Positions 51,939 through 60,848 of a DNA stretch of 64,000 nt are shown here, in pieces. The notes beneath the pieces are model-generated. The model did no database searches, was not told where the DNA came from, and saw only the letters and a program-made list of their open reading frames with translations. Origin of the DNA: a virus; the IMG/VR virus record IMGVR_UViG_3300032093_000099, positions 4,102-68,101 of that record. One strand, given 5' to 3'. The number at the start of each line of letters is the position of its first letter. Within the stretch, counting starts at the first letter, position 1. Position numbers and translations under genes: made by a program.

Positions 51939-53372
51939 ATGAGTGATCTTAAACTATACGAAGAATTTGTGCAGTCTCTCTTAGAAGAGGAAAAGATCCT
52001 TGTAAGAAATAAAAAGTCGGGTGCTGTCTACGACATCAATCAAAAAAGTTTCAATCCTAGTAAACACGAAGTGCCAAAACCTAAAGAGATTGATAAAGCT
52101 GAGAAAGAAGTAGAAAAAAAGGCAGAGAAAAAAGGATCATCGCACAATCTTAGTAAATCTTCGATAGATAACGCCAGAAATCAATCTAACAAAATCGATG
52201 GTCTCTTAAAAGATGCTGATGATGACACAAAAGAAAGAGGGAGAATTGTTAAAGAGCAGTTTAATAAGTTACTTAATGCTAAGTCTGAAGAAGAAGAGGT
52301 AGAAGCAATACAAGTTTTGATCGACAATAATCTAATACAAGGTCACTCAGGCGGAACTAAAATTTATATGTCGCCTAACACTCTTTTGCCAAGAAAGTTC
52401 TTTGCAGGAGAACAAGGAAACTCTTTGACAAAAAGAATGAATGCAGTAATTGCCAAACATAATCTTCCTATAGAAATTCGGCAAAGCAGTGCAGATAGAA
52501 CTCTGGCAGACACAAGTGGAAAACACAATGAGGCTGGTGTAGTTGCATATCTGTATGATAGTCCTGAAAACAAAAAGGCATATGAGGAACTACAAAAGAA
52601 ATTCACAGATCTTGGCGGAGGTGACGAAAAAAGGTATGATGAGATCAACCGAGAAGTTGCTGAGATGATTAAGAATTCTTTACCGCCTGGATCAAAGATA
52701 ACAGGTGCCGAACAATTAGGAGGAAATGATGAAGCATCTATGGCGCGAAAAGCTGCTCTTGGTCTTAAGCCGAAAAGTAAAGTAGATTATGTAGTCCATT
52801 ACAAGGACAAAGATGGCAAAGATCAAATGATGAAAGTCACCGCCAAAACATACAGTGACCCAAGTAAAATTACTATGGAGAACTCGGGCGCGGTTAAAGC
52901 AGGAGAAAAGTTTTTAGGCAAAGATCTTGGCGAAAAGGTAGATAAAAAATACCAAGAACTCTGGGCGAAATATAAGTGGGACGATACCATGTCCGACAAA
53001 GAAAAGCGAGATAGAAAAACCGCATTAAAAAAGGAATACCTTCAAGAATTTGAGAAGGCCATGCAAGAGTTGGCAAAAACCAAAGAAGGACAAAAACAAT
53101 TGACACAAATGTGGAGGGATGTTCACGGTTGTGATGAAGATCTTTACGCGCAGATCATCAATAAAAAAACAGGCGAGAAAAACTTACACCCACCTGGCCA
53201 TTATTGTAACCCAGGTCCCCCGTTTAAGATAAAATACGATGGAACAAAAATGGTCGTAGATGTTGGAGGAAGTGAAGGAGACATGGAGATAGTTCTAAAA
53301 ACAGAAGATACCAAATCGCCCAAAGTTTTAATAAACCACGTAAAAAGAAAAAAGAAAAAAGACGATAAATGA
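51939..53372 (+). CDS. putative PD-(D/E)xK-fold nuclease, Lys-rich
   Basis: MSDLKLYEEFVQSLLEE; HNEAGV...KVDYVV...KVTAKTY pattern. Confidence 0.5.
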   Translation: MSDLKLYEEFVQSLLEEEKILVRNKKSGAVYDINQKSFNPSKHEVPKPKEIDKAEKEVEKKAEKKGSSHNLSKSSIDNARNQSNKIDGLLKDADDDTKERGRIVKEQFNKLLNAKSEEEEVEAIQVLIDNNLIQGHSGGTKIYMSPNTLLPRKFFAGEQGNSLTKRMNAVIAKHNLPIEIRQSSADRTLADTSGKHNEAGVVAYLYDSPENKKAYEELQKKFTDLGGGDEKRYDEINREVAEMIKNSLPPGSKITGAEQLGGNDEASMARKAALGLKPKSKVDYVVHYKDKDGKDQMMKVTAKTYSDPSKITMENSGAVKAGEKFLGKDLGEKVDKKYQELWAKYKWDDTMSDKEKRDRKTALKKEYLQEFEKAMQELAKTKEGQKQLTQMWRDVHGCDEDLYAQIINKKTGEKNLHPPGHYCNPGPPFKIKYDGTKMVVDVGGSEGDMEIVLKTEDTKSPKVLINHVKRKKKKDDK

Positions 53373-53911
53373 AACACATAAGAACATTCGACGGGTTTCT
53401 CTATGAAGGATTCATGAGTTCGCTGGATCTCATCGCGCAAGACGCAAAAGATCTCGCAGACTTTAAGAAAAAAGCAAAGAGAGACTTTCCGCAGATTGCA
53501 AAGCTCGAAGGCGCCGATGAGTGGCTTGAAGAAATTTATAGCCAAGCAATCAAAGAAAGCGTAAATGAAGCTATTGACCTCAATGATCCAGTGCTTGTTG
53601 CTTTAAGAGCGTCTAAAGAAGACAGGACAAAGAAAGCCGCTGCTCAAAAAGAACGCATGAAAAAGCGCGTCTATGGAAAACAAAGAGAAAAACTTGAAGT
53701 TGATCTTTGGACAATTTCTATAGATCTGAAAGATGCTTACGCAGAAAGAAGAGACATCTACAATAATATGGAATCGGAAGCTGGCGAAAAAGGAGATGAT
53801 TGGAATGACGCTGATGCTAACCGCTACGGCAAACTTTTAAATGATGTGGATTCAAAAATTGAAACTTTAATCAAAAAGAGACAAGAAATCGAAACAAAGC
53901 TTGCATACTAA
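53369..53911 (+). CDS. two-module putative internal protein
   Basis: MKHIRTFDGFLYE; internal IKESVNE linker. Confidence 0.65.
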   Translation: MKHIRTFDGFLYEGFMSSLDLIAQDAKDLADFKKKAKRDFPQIAKLEGADEWLEEIYSQAIKESVNEAIDLNDPVLVALRASKEDRTKKAAAQKERMKKRVYGKQREKLEVDLWTISIDLKDAYAERRDIYNNMESEAGEKGDDWNDADANRYGKLLNDVDSKIETLIKKRQEIETKLAY

Positions 53912-54945
53912 TGAAACACTTGCTTACACTGGAATCCTTTTTGGAAATGCGAGAGCTATCAAACATTGATGACTGGGCATTGGACGAAAGTCTTAACGAA
54001 GCAGCAGGAATTGATGCAATCAAGCTCAAAAGCGAAAAGTCGGGCAGAAAGATCAAACTGACTTCTGCTCTGAAATATCCTAAAGGATCACCTACTAGAA
54101 AACAGGCCGAAGAAATTGTAGATGCTTTAAGAAAGAAGCAGACCAAAATCGAAGACAAGCCCGAATCTGAAATAGAATACGTCAAAGGCGATGAAGACCT
54201 TAAGAAGCTCATGCCCAATGCAGACGTTACCAAAAAGTTGCTTAGTGAAATTCCAGCAGAGGAAAAGAAAGATGCAATCACTGCGATCGACAAAATTGCA
54301 GACGAGATAATGACCGCCAAAGAAGAGGGTCGCCCAGTACAAAATACCAATCTGTGCTCGGTAACAATTCCTGGTACTAACATGTATTGTGATGCCAACA
54401 AAAACATTCCTCGTGAAAAAATGCCCCAGTTTCGCGGCAAGCCTGAAAAAGGTTCGGCTGCTGACAAGATGCCTCGAGACAGCAACGGTGAAGTAGAAAC
54501 ATCACACTTATTCGACAAGATGCTCGACAAAGAAGGCATTAAGATATCCAAGCCTACAGAGATCGACGCTTCCAGCCTCAAGGCAACACAAGCAGAACTC
54601 GTAGGTCCTAAAGTGGTAGGCATGACAAAGGTGCTCGCTAAGAACTGTGAAAAAGACAAGTGCAGCCCTGATGAAATGAAAGACTGGAACAACATCACAG
54701 GTCCTGTCTATGTTTCAAACGACGGATACGTAGTTGACGGTCACCACCGTTGGGCCGCGATTGTTTCACATAACCTCAAGAATCCAGACAAACAGATTCC
54801 TATGAAGGTCCGTGTAATTGACGACAAGATCGACAGCATCATACCTAAAGCCAACAAGTTTGCCGAAGACATCGGAATTGCCGCTAAGACAGGTAAAGAA
54901 GGCACCAAAGGTGGAGAACCTGCTGCACAAACCAAAAAGAAATAA
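53911..54945 (+). CDS. ParB/Sulfiredoxin-domain protein
   Basis: LKATQAEL, VYVSNDGYVVDGHHRWAA; N-terminal MKHLLTLESF...LDESLNE. Confidence 0.75.
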   Translation: MKHLLTLESFLEMRELSNIDDWALDESLNEAAGIDAIKLKSEKSGRKIKLTSALKYPKGSPTRKQAEEIVDALRKKQTKIEDKPESEIEYVKGDEDLKKLMPNADVTKKLLSEIPAEEKKDAITAIDKIADEIMTAKEEGRPVQNTNLCSVTIPGTNMYCDANKNIPREKMPQFRGKPEKGSAADKMPRDSNGEVETSHLFDKMLDKEGIKISKPTEIDASSLKATQAELVGPKVVGMTKVLAKNCEKDKCSPDEMKDWNNITGPVYVSNDGYVVDGHHRWAAIVSHNLKNPDKQIPMKVRVIDDKIDSIIPKANKFAEDIGIAAKTGKEGTKGGEPAAQTKKK

Positions 54946-54951
54946 TTAGTC

Positions 54952-55314
54952 ATGTACTACATACACACATACGAGTCTTTCATAAATGAAGCGGAAGACA
55001 TAGGTACGCAGAAAAGTGCCGCTCTCGATTTTGTCGAGAAAAAAGGAAAAGCTACATGGAAAGAAATACATTCTTTCTTGATGAAGAACAAAGGTTTTGA
55101 TCCAGCTGAATACGGCAACCGAGGCAATATGTCTTCGTACTTTTCAGGCGGAGGTTATGCTATCATAGCAGCAGCCGATGCTAAGTCGGGCAGAAGTGGC
55201 AAAACACACGGGTTGTTGATGGTTCCTACAATGAAAGATCCAAGATATCTTGACAAACAAGAAGACGGAACTTACGTCGTTAAAGTATGGGACAAGAAAA
55301 GCAAACTTGTGTAA
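54952..55314 (+). CDS. putative internal protein, possibly winged-helix
   Basis: MYYIHTYESFINE; ALDFVEKKGKATWKEIHSFL. Confidence 0.6.
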   Translation: MYYIHTYESFINEAEDIGTQKSAALDFVEKKGKATWKEIHSFLMKNKGFDPAEYGNRGNMSSYFSGGGYAIIAAADAKSGRSGKTHGLLMVPTMKDPRYLDKQEDGTYVVKVWDKKSKLV

Positions 55315-55317
55315 AGA

Positions 55318-55848
55318 ATGAAATACGTCAAGACATACGAGAACTTTTTGTATGAAGCCAAGCAAGTAGGCACTGTTTATCACTACACTACGATATTGGC
55401 GCTTCTCAAAATTCTTGATGATGACGTATTAGGAGACAAGTCTTTAGGCAAGTACGCAAGAGTATCATTAACTCGAGACAAAAACTTTCAAAAGAGAACC
55501 CGGATCATACCTGCCGAATGTAGAATTACGATTGATGGCAATAAGCTATCTAACCGCTATAAAGTTCAACCGTATCAATGGAATGCCTCTCATTTTAGCG
55601 GAAAGGCAGCCACTAAAGGCGGAGAAATTGAGGACCAGATGGAAGAAGAGGTACAAGGTTACATTACGGGAATCACAAATTACATCCAAAAGATTGAACT
55701 GTTTGAACTTGAGTTGGATCCGCTCCCTTTTGATGAAGACTTTACATTAGAAGCAAGCAAGATAATCGACAAGCCGTCTGATGAAATTAACCAACAAGAC
55801 ATAGTTGACTTCATCAAAAGACACGTAAAAGACACTAAAGTAATATGA
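55318..55848 (+). CDS. ADP-ribosyltransferase-fold protein
   Basis: MKYVKTYENFLYE; VYHYT...KIL...VSLTRD...EDQMEEEV. Confidence 0.55.
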   Translation: MKYVKTYENFLYEAKQVGTVYHYTTILALLKILDDDVLGDKSLGKYARVSLTRDKNFQKRTRIIPAECRITIDGNKLSNRYKVQPYQWNASHFSGKAATKGGEIEDQMEEEVQGYITGITNYIQKIELFELELDPLPFDEDFTLEASKIIDKPSDEINQQDIVDFIKRHVKDTKVI

Positions 55849-56384
55849 AGTACATAAAGACATTTGAAGACTATCAAGTCTCTGAAGGGTTTCGCTACCA
55901 CATGGAGAACGGATTGGATATCACCAACTCGGTTTTTCGTATAGGAAGCGATGCTTACAAACAATTGTTCGAAGAGACCAAGAAATACTGGGATGAAGGC
56001 AACATCATCCTAAAAGACAAAGCCGCTTGGATGGCTAAGAATCTGGAAGTTGGCACTAAAGCTAAATTCAAGTCAGACGATGGCAAGATGCTCGATGTAG
56101 AGTTAGATACTCCAACTAGAGGTGGAGACAAAAAGTTCCAAGTATACCACAACAGCGGCAAGAAAGACGACGATGGCAACATCATCGCCTTCAAAATCGA
56201 ATGGGGAGACACAAGTGGCCTAAGCATCAAGAACGACGATCCAGCAGCTGCTGCTAGTTTTTGGGCAAGACAGCAATGTGACACCAAAGGAAGAATGGAT
56301 CCATCGAAACCTGGTTTCTGGGCCTGCTACGCGCCTTCTCTGTTCGGCAAACAACTGGGTTTGAGCTCGGATCAGCCCTGGTAA
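55845..56384 (+). CDS. conserved phage protein with capsid-targeting-like N-terminus
   Basis: MKYIKTFEDYQVSE; KKFQVY...WGD...SFWARQQC...FWAC. Confidence 0.65.
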   Translation: MKYIKTFEDYQVSEGFRYHMENGLDITNSVFRIGSDAYKQLFEETKKYWDEGNIILKDKAAWMAKNLEVGTKAKFKSDDGKMLDVELDTPTRGGDKKFQVYHNSGKKDDDGNIIAFKIEWGDTSGLSIKNDDPAAAASFWARQQCDTKGRMDPSKPGFWACYAPSLFGKQLGLSSDQPW

Positions 56385-56399
56385 AAAAACACAATCATT

Positions 56400-56570
56400 A
56401 TGAAACTTACAAAAGAGCAATTCTTAGGAATCGTTAGACACACACTAACTTTCGTTGGCGGTATTCTCGTCATGAAAGGAATCGTCGACGACGCAGCATA
56501 CGCAGAACTTTCTGGAGCTGTACTTACACTCGCAGGCGGACTATGGTCTGTTGTCGCTAAGAACAAATAA
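56400..56570 (+). CDS. small two-TM holin-like protein (56 aa), not in ORF track
   Basis: MKLTKEQFLGIVRHTLTFVGGILVMKGIVDDAAYAELSGAVLTLAGGLWSVVAKNK. Confidence 0.7.
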   Translation: MKLTKEQFLGIVRHTLTFVGGILVMKGIVDDAAYAELSGAVLTLAGGLWSVVAKNK

Positions 56571-56591
56571 CTCTTGGCTATGAAATAAGAG

Positions 56592-56621
56592 GCCGGTTCG
56601 CAAGGACCGGCTTTTCTTTTT
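56592..56621 (+). terminator. intrinsic terminator
   Basis: GCCGGTTC-GCAA-GGACCGGC followed by TTTTCTTTTT. Confidence 0.85.
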
Positions 56622-56646
56622 GAGATAAATAAAACAAACCCACCTT

Positions 56647-57234
56647 ATGAAAAGATTCTTACTTCCAATACTTTCGCTGGTCATTCTCGCCAGCTTCGTG
56701 CTTCCAAGCAGCCTCAGAGACAATGTTACCGTCAAGACTGACATGTACACAGTCGTCTACTCAGAAATCTTGGAACAGCCTAAGAGAGTCGAATACAACG
56801 TACAGTGCACAGAGACTAAGTTTTCCCGTGACGGTCTTGACTTCTATACATGTGACAGCATTAAGACTTCTGACAATGCCGACTACGCAAATAACGAATA
56901 CGACAAAGGACACATGGCACCAGCTGCCGACTTTGCTTGTGACAAAGACAAACTTAAGAGAACTTTTTCGTATCTCAACTGTGCTCTACAACAAGAGAAC
57001 TTAAACCGCGGAGTCTGGAGATTCTTAGAAGTCAGAGAAAGAAACCTCGCCAAAGTTGCTCCCACCAAAGTAGTAATCGAGGTACACTTTAGCAAATCTT
57101 CAAAGAAACTTCCTACGGGTGCCACCATACCTGACGGATTCACCAAGACGATCACATCGGGAAACGTAAAGGAAGTCTACTACTTTCCAAACATTAAACC
57201 TATTAAGAAATCTTACAGTGACTACAAACTCTAA
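56647..57234 (+). CDS. secreted DNA/RNA non-specific endonuclease (His-Me finger)
   Basis: Signal peptide; YDKGHMAPAAD, TFSYLN, Q...LNRGVW...E; GATAAATA upstream at 56624. Confidence 0.88.
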   Translation: MKRFLLPILSLVILASFVLPSSLRDNVTVKTDMYTVVYSEILEQPKRVEYNVQCTETKFSRDGLDFYTCDSIKTSDNADYANNEYDKGHMAPAADFACDKDKLKRTFSYLNCALQQENLNRGVWRFLEVRERNLAKVAPTKVVIEVHFSKSSKKLPTGATIPDGFTKTITSGNVKEVYYFPNIKPIKKSYSDYKL

Positions 57235-57493
57235 CACAAGACCGTTCGACGAAAGCCGTCTAAATGATATCATAATCAGGCGTTTCTTACCCACGGTTGA
57301 TGAATCAGAGTTGAAGTGGCACTGGGACGAACAAGAAAGAATCATAGAACCCTTGAATCAAAACGATTGGATGTTCCAATTCGACAATGGACTTCCATTC
57401 CCAATTAGAGAAAAGATAAATATACCAGCCGGCGTTATACATCGAGTGATCAAAGGATCAACGGACCTGGTCATAAAAATTAAAATGATATGA
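57218..57493 (+). CDS. cupin-like protein
   Basis: ELKWHWDEQER...WMFQFDN...IPAGVIHRVIKG. Confidence 0.7.
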   Translation: MTTNSNTRPFDESRLNDIIIRRFLPTVDESELKWHWDEQERIIEPLNQNDWMFQFDNGLPFPIREKINIPAGVIHRVIKGSTDLVIKIKMI

Positions 57494-57639
57494 AAAGAAT
57501 ACTTTTAGTCTTATGCGTTGCGATTCTTGCTTCGTGTGCAACTAAAAAGAAAGCCATGCAAAAGTGCGATTCTTACAGTTGCGTAAAGTGCGAACACAAA
57601 GAAAGCGCTAAATGCGATCACAAAAACAAATCAAAATAA
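57490..57639 (+). CDS. small Cys-rich lipoprotein (49 aa), not in ORF track
   Basis: MKRILLVLCVAILAS-C lipobox; overlaps both neighbours. Confidence 0.65.
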   Translation: MKRILLVLCVAILASCATKKKAMQKCDSYSCVKCEHKESAKCDHKNKSK

Positions 57640-58154
57640 TGGAAAACACATTCTTATCTTTTAACGCTTTCAAGAGCATCAACGAAAAAGATGAAAAAGG
57701 CAAAGAAGAAGCCAAAAAGAAAGAACCTGTAGAACTTCCAAAGGAAGACAAGGTCGACACGTCTGGCGGTCAGTACAAAGAAATGAACATCAATGGCAAG
57801 GACTACATGGCCATTCTTTCTACTTTGACTGCAATTGGCAGCAAGCAAGAAGCTATGGGAGAGAAGAAAGTTGGCATCGTATCATTGCCCGGTGACGAAA
57901 AAGTTTATGAACTTGTGCCCAAAGGCGAAGGCGGCGAAGAACAGTCCAACGAATCAGAAGCTAATGAAAGCACGGTAAACGAGGAATACGTTGAAGTAAT
58001 GAATTTACCTGAACTTGCAAATGCATTGGGTAAAGTTGCTTTTCTTTGGAAAGAATGGAAAAACGGTCCTATGACCGAGCCCAGCGACATCAAACCCGCG
58101 CAAAAAGAATTAAAAGGTTGGATCGACCGTTGGTTCAAAGACAACATTAAATAA
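57639..58154 (+). CDS. two-module putative internal protein
   Basis: MENTFLSFNAFKSINE; linker SNESEANESTVNEE. Confidence 0.6.
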   Translation: MENTFLSFNAFKSINEKDEKGKEEAKKKEPVELPKEDKVDTSGGQYKEMNINGKDYMAILSTLTAIGSKQEAMGEKKVGIVSLPGDEKVYELVPKGEGGEEQSNESEANESTVNEEYVEVMNLPELANALGKVAFLWKEWKNGPMTEPSDIKPAQKELKGWIDRWFKDNIK

Positions 58155-58155
58155 C

Positions 58156-58734
58156 ATGAAGCACGTCAAGACTTTTGAAAGCTTCATATTCGAAGCGGCC
58201 GGAAACGATGTAGTATTCTTTCCTGGTAGATTCCAGCCTTTTCACAAAGGTCATCTTGCCGCTCTTAAGAGAACAGCCGATGTTTTTGGAAAACCCGTCG
58301 TTGCCTTGCAGATCGTATCAGCCAACGAAGATTCTCCGTTTCCTGATTCTTTGCTCGCCAAGATGGCTAAAGACGTCGTTCGTTACAATTCTTTCATCAA
58401 GGATTTTCAGATCTATCCTCAAGGCAGAAAGACAGTGATTCCTTTGATGGTCCGATTCCTCAGAGAGGAAGGATATGAGCCTTACGGTCTTGGTGCCGGT
58501 GCGGATCGCATGAAAGACTATCAGCGCCAAGTTGAATACATCACCGGTCCTAAGACCGACACTCCGGTAGATCCTTCGTTTTCTGTCAAACTCGTAGACA
58601 CTCGAGAAGGAGACGGTCCCAGCGGTACCAAAGTTCGCCAGGCTCTTAAAGATGATGATCGCGCAGCTTTTAACGATCTGATGCCTAAAGAACTTCACAA
58701 GTACTTTGATGAACTCAAAAAATACATCAAGTAA
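58156..58734 (+). CDS. HIGH-family nucleotidyltransferase (cytidylyl/adenylyltransferase-like)
   Basis: FPGRFQPFHKGH, GAGADR, SGTKVR; N-terminal MKHVKTFESFIFE. Confidence 0.85.
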   Translation: MKHVKTFESFIFEAAGNDVVFFPGRFQPFHKGHLAALKRTADVFGKPVVALQIVSANEDSPFPDSLLAKMAKDVVRYNSFIKDFQIYPQGRKTVIPLMVRFLREEGYEPYGLGAGADRMKDYQRQVEYITGPKTDTPVDPSFSVKLVDTREGDGPSGTKVRQALKDDDRAAFNDLMPKELHKYFDELKKYIK

Positions 58735-59615
58735 TGAAATACGTTAAACTATTTGAGCAGTTCGTCAACGAAAGCGGAAACGCAGTCGACAATGTTCGTC
58801 CTATCAAACAAGACGAAGTAATCGACACTGCCAAATGGGTAGAGAAAGAAATCTTCCCACAGATCGGCCTGACTGCTCTTGAAGACGATGCTGCTGTGAT
58901 AGGTTCAGCCGGCAAGAAATTGCCCGACCAAACAAGCGGAGACATCGACATTGCTGTTTCTGCCGACAAGATCGCAGGTTTTTTGGGAGTACCTGTCCAA
59001 AACACACTCTTTGCGTTGAACGACAAACTCAAATCATTGGGCTACCAAACCAAAATGATGCCAGGTTTCAACCAAGTCAGCATCGCAGCACCCGTCGGAG
59101 GCTACGCTTCTCGCGGTTACGCACAGGTAGACTTTATGATTTCTACCGACCTAAACTGGAGTCGATTCATATACCATTCGCCAGACTTTAGGACGGCCGA
59201 ATCAAGGTACAAAGGAGCTTACCGCAACTTGTTGCTGATGGCAGCAATCGGCAAGTCATTCTTTGAAGTCACTAAGAAGACCGACGCTGGAGAGACCGCA
59301 GAGTTTCAAGCGTATGTGGTTCGTCTAAATCAAGGAATCGTCCAAGTAAGAAAATCTTTCGAAGGTAAGAAAGGACTTCTTAAGACGGCTGCTCTTCTCA
59401 AAGATTACGACAAGTTCGTGACGAACACACCCGAAGCAGTAGTAGAATTGCTTTTCAAAGGCAAGCACACACCTAAAGACATAGACACATACGAAAAGTT
59501 GAAAAGCTTGATCGATTCGACCGACTTCAAGTATCCTGGCGCAAGGTCTGACATCTACCAAGACTTCGAGCAAAAGCTGGAAGACGCAAAACTTCCGATG
59601 CCAGAAAACTTGTAG
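58734..59615 (+). CDS. pol-beta-superfamily nucleotidyltransferase
   Basis: IGSAGKK...SGDIDIAV...QVDFM; N-terminal MKYVKLFEQFVNE-SGNA. Confidence 0.8.
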   Translation: MKYVKLFEQFVNESGNAVDNVRPIKQDEVIDTAKWVEKEIFPQIGLTALEDDAAVIGSAGKKLPDQTSGDIDIAVSADKIAGFLGVPVQNTLFALNDKLKSLGYQTKMMPGFNQVSIAAPVGGYASRGYAQVDFMISTDLNWSRFIYHSPDFRTAESRYKGAYRNLLLMAAIGKSFFEVTKKTDAGETAEFQAYVVRLNQGIVQVRKSFEGKKGLLKTAALLKDYDKFVTNTPEAVVELLFKGKHTPKDIDTYEKLKSLIDSTDFKYPGARSDIYQDFEQKLEDAKLPMPENL

Positions 59616-59622
59616 GACATAC

Positions 59623-60786
59623 ATGTCGAAATACGCAGGACACATACAGTCAGTCTTACCCGGAACGGGCGGTTACGGCACAGGGACCAACTCTTTGCGT
59701 CTAAATACATTTGATGTAGGAGCAGGTTGGAGAGAGTACGGACAGACTACAAACACAAACTATTGGTCAGTAGTCGACCCAACTTCATCGGGTGCATACC
59801 CAAATACTTTGGTCGGTCCTGTCGTCTATCAGTACAAAGCAGCGCAAGGACCTTCGATCATCAGCATTTCGCCAACAGCCACCACCGGATCAAACTCGCC
59901 TTTCATGCAATTTACAAGAGCAATCTCCGGACAGACCGCCGGACAGATGAGCAACTACGGCAGAGCTGTGGCGTGGTACCTGGGCAACACCGGGGCCACT
60001 CTGGTGACCAACGAATTTAAGTCTTTGCCTAAGATCGAGGATGTGATATTTGCTTTTGATGTCGACCAGGCGATGTCGGTACCGCCAGCTACCGGAAATG
60101 TAAATTTTGTTGCCAATGTTTGCAGAGACATATCGCAATACGCCAACACATTACAACAGACTCTTGGCGGGTTGGGCGGAGGAAACGCTAGATACAAAGG
60201 ATTTGGAACCGGGCTTACTTATGAGTATCTACCATGGCACATTGACTGGAATGCGTCTGCTTTTGCATCTTCGGAGTTTACAACAGTGAACCTGGGTCCT
60301 GTCTTTTCCACCAACAAGATGACGATTAGCATCTGGGCGGCAAATACAGTGTCACCCGGCGAATCATACACAATCTTTCAATATATTGAAGCGGGTATCA
60401 ACATTACTGTTTCTTATGTTTATGACCCAGGTCCTCCTCCGCTGAATCCCGTCATATACATAGGTTACAACAGTGGTACCGGAGGAGGTACCATTGAATA
60501 CCAAGTAGACACAAGTTGGCACAACATAACGATCGTAAGAAATTCCAACAATATAACGGTTTACGAAGATGGACAGAATCGTGCCAGCGCATCGAATTTC
60601 GGCACTGATAATTTTGTAGGAGGCGGAACGATGGTCATAGGTGACAGTCTTGTCCAGGGTTACGGTCTTTCTTTGAATTCTGTTTATATGTGGAAAGATG
60701 ATCTATCCGCCTACACTGTCCCTGGGACACCTTACAACGGAGTCGATTTCTTTTACCAAGGATCCAAGGCATCTTTCGGATATTAA
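59623..60786 (+). CDS. LamG/concanavalin-A-like domain protein
   Basis: MTISIWA, WHNITIVRNSNNITVYEDG, MVIG. Confidence 0.7.
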   Translation: MSKYAGHIQSVLPGTGGYGTGTNSLRLNTFDVGAGWREYGQTTNTNYWSVVDPTSSGAYPNTLVGPVVYQYKAAQGPSIISISPTATTGSNSPFMQFTRAISGQTAGQMSNYGRAVAWYLGNTGATLVTNEFKSLPKIEDVIFAFDVDQAMSVPPATGNVNFVANVCRDISQYANTLQQTLGGLGGGNARYKGFGTGLTYEYLPWHIDWNASAFASSEFTTVNLGPVFSTNKMTISIWAANTVSPGESYTIFQYIEAGINITVSYVYDPGPPPLNPVIYIGYNSGTGGGTIEYQVDTSWHNITIVRNSNNITVYEDGQNRASASNFGTDNFVGGGTMVIGDSLVQGYGLSLNSVYMWKDDLSAYTVPGTPYNGVDFFYQGSKASFGY

Positions 60787-60848
60787 GATTCTTCGGGCAT
60801 GAATATATACAAAACAAGGTAAAGAAAACCACAAAAGCCGAAAAAGAA

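Noticed and set aside
53871-54698. Long antisense ORFs (275 aa here, 180 aa at 38478-39020, many shorter)
   Set aside because: They shadow well-supported + strand genes and have no motifs.
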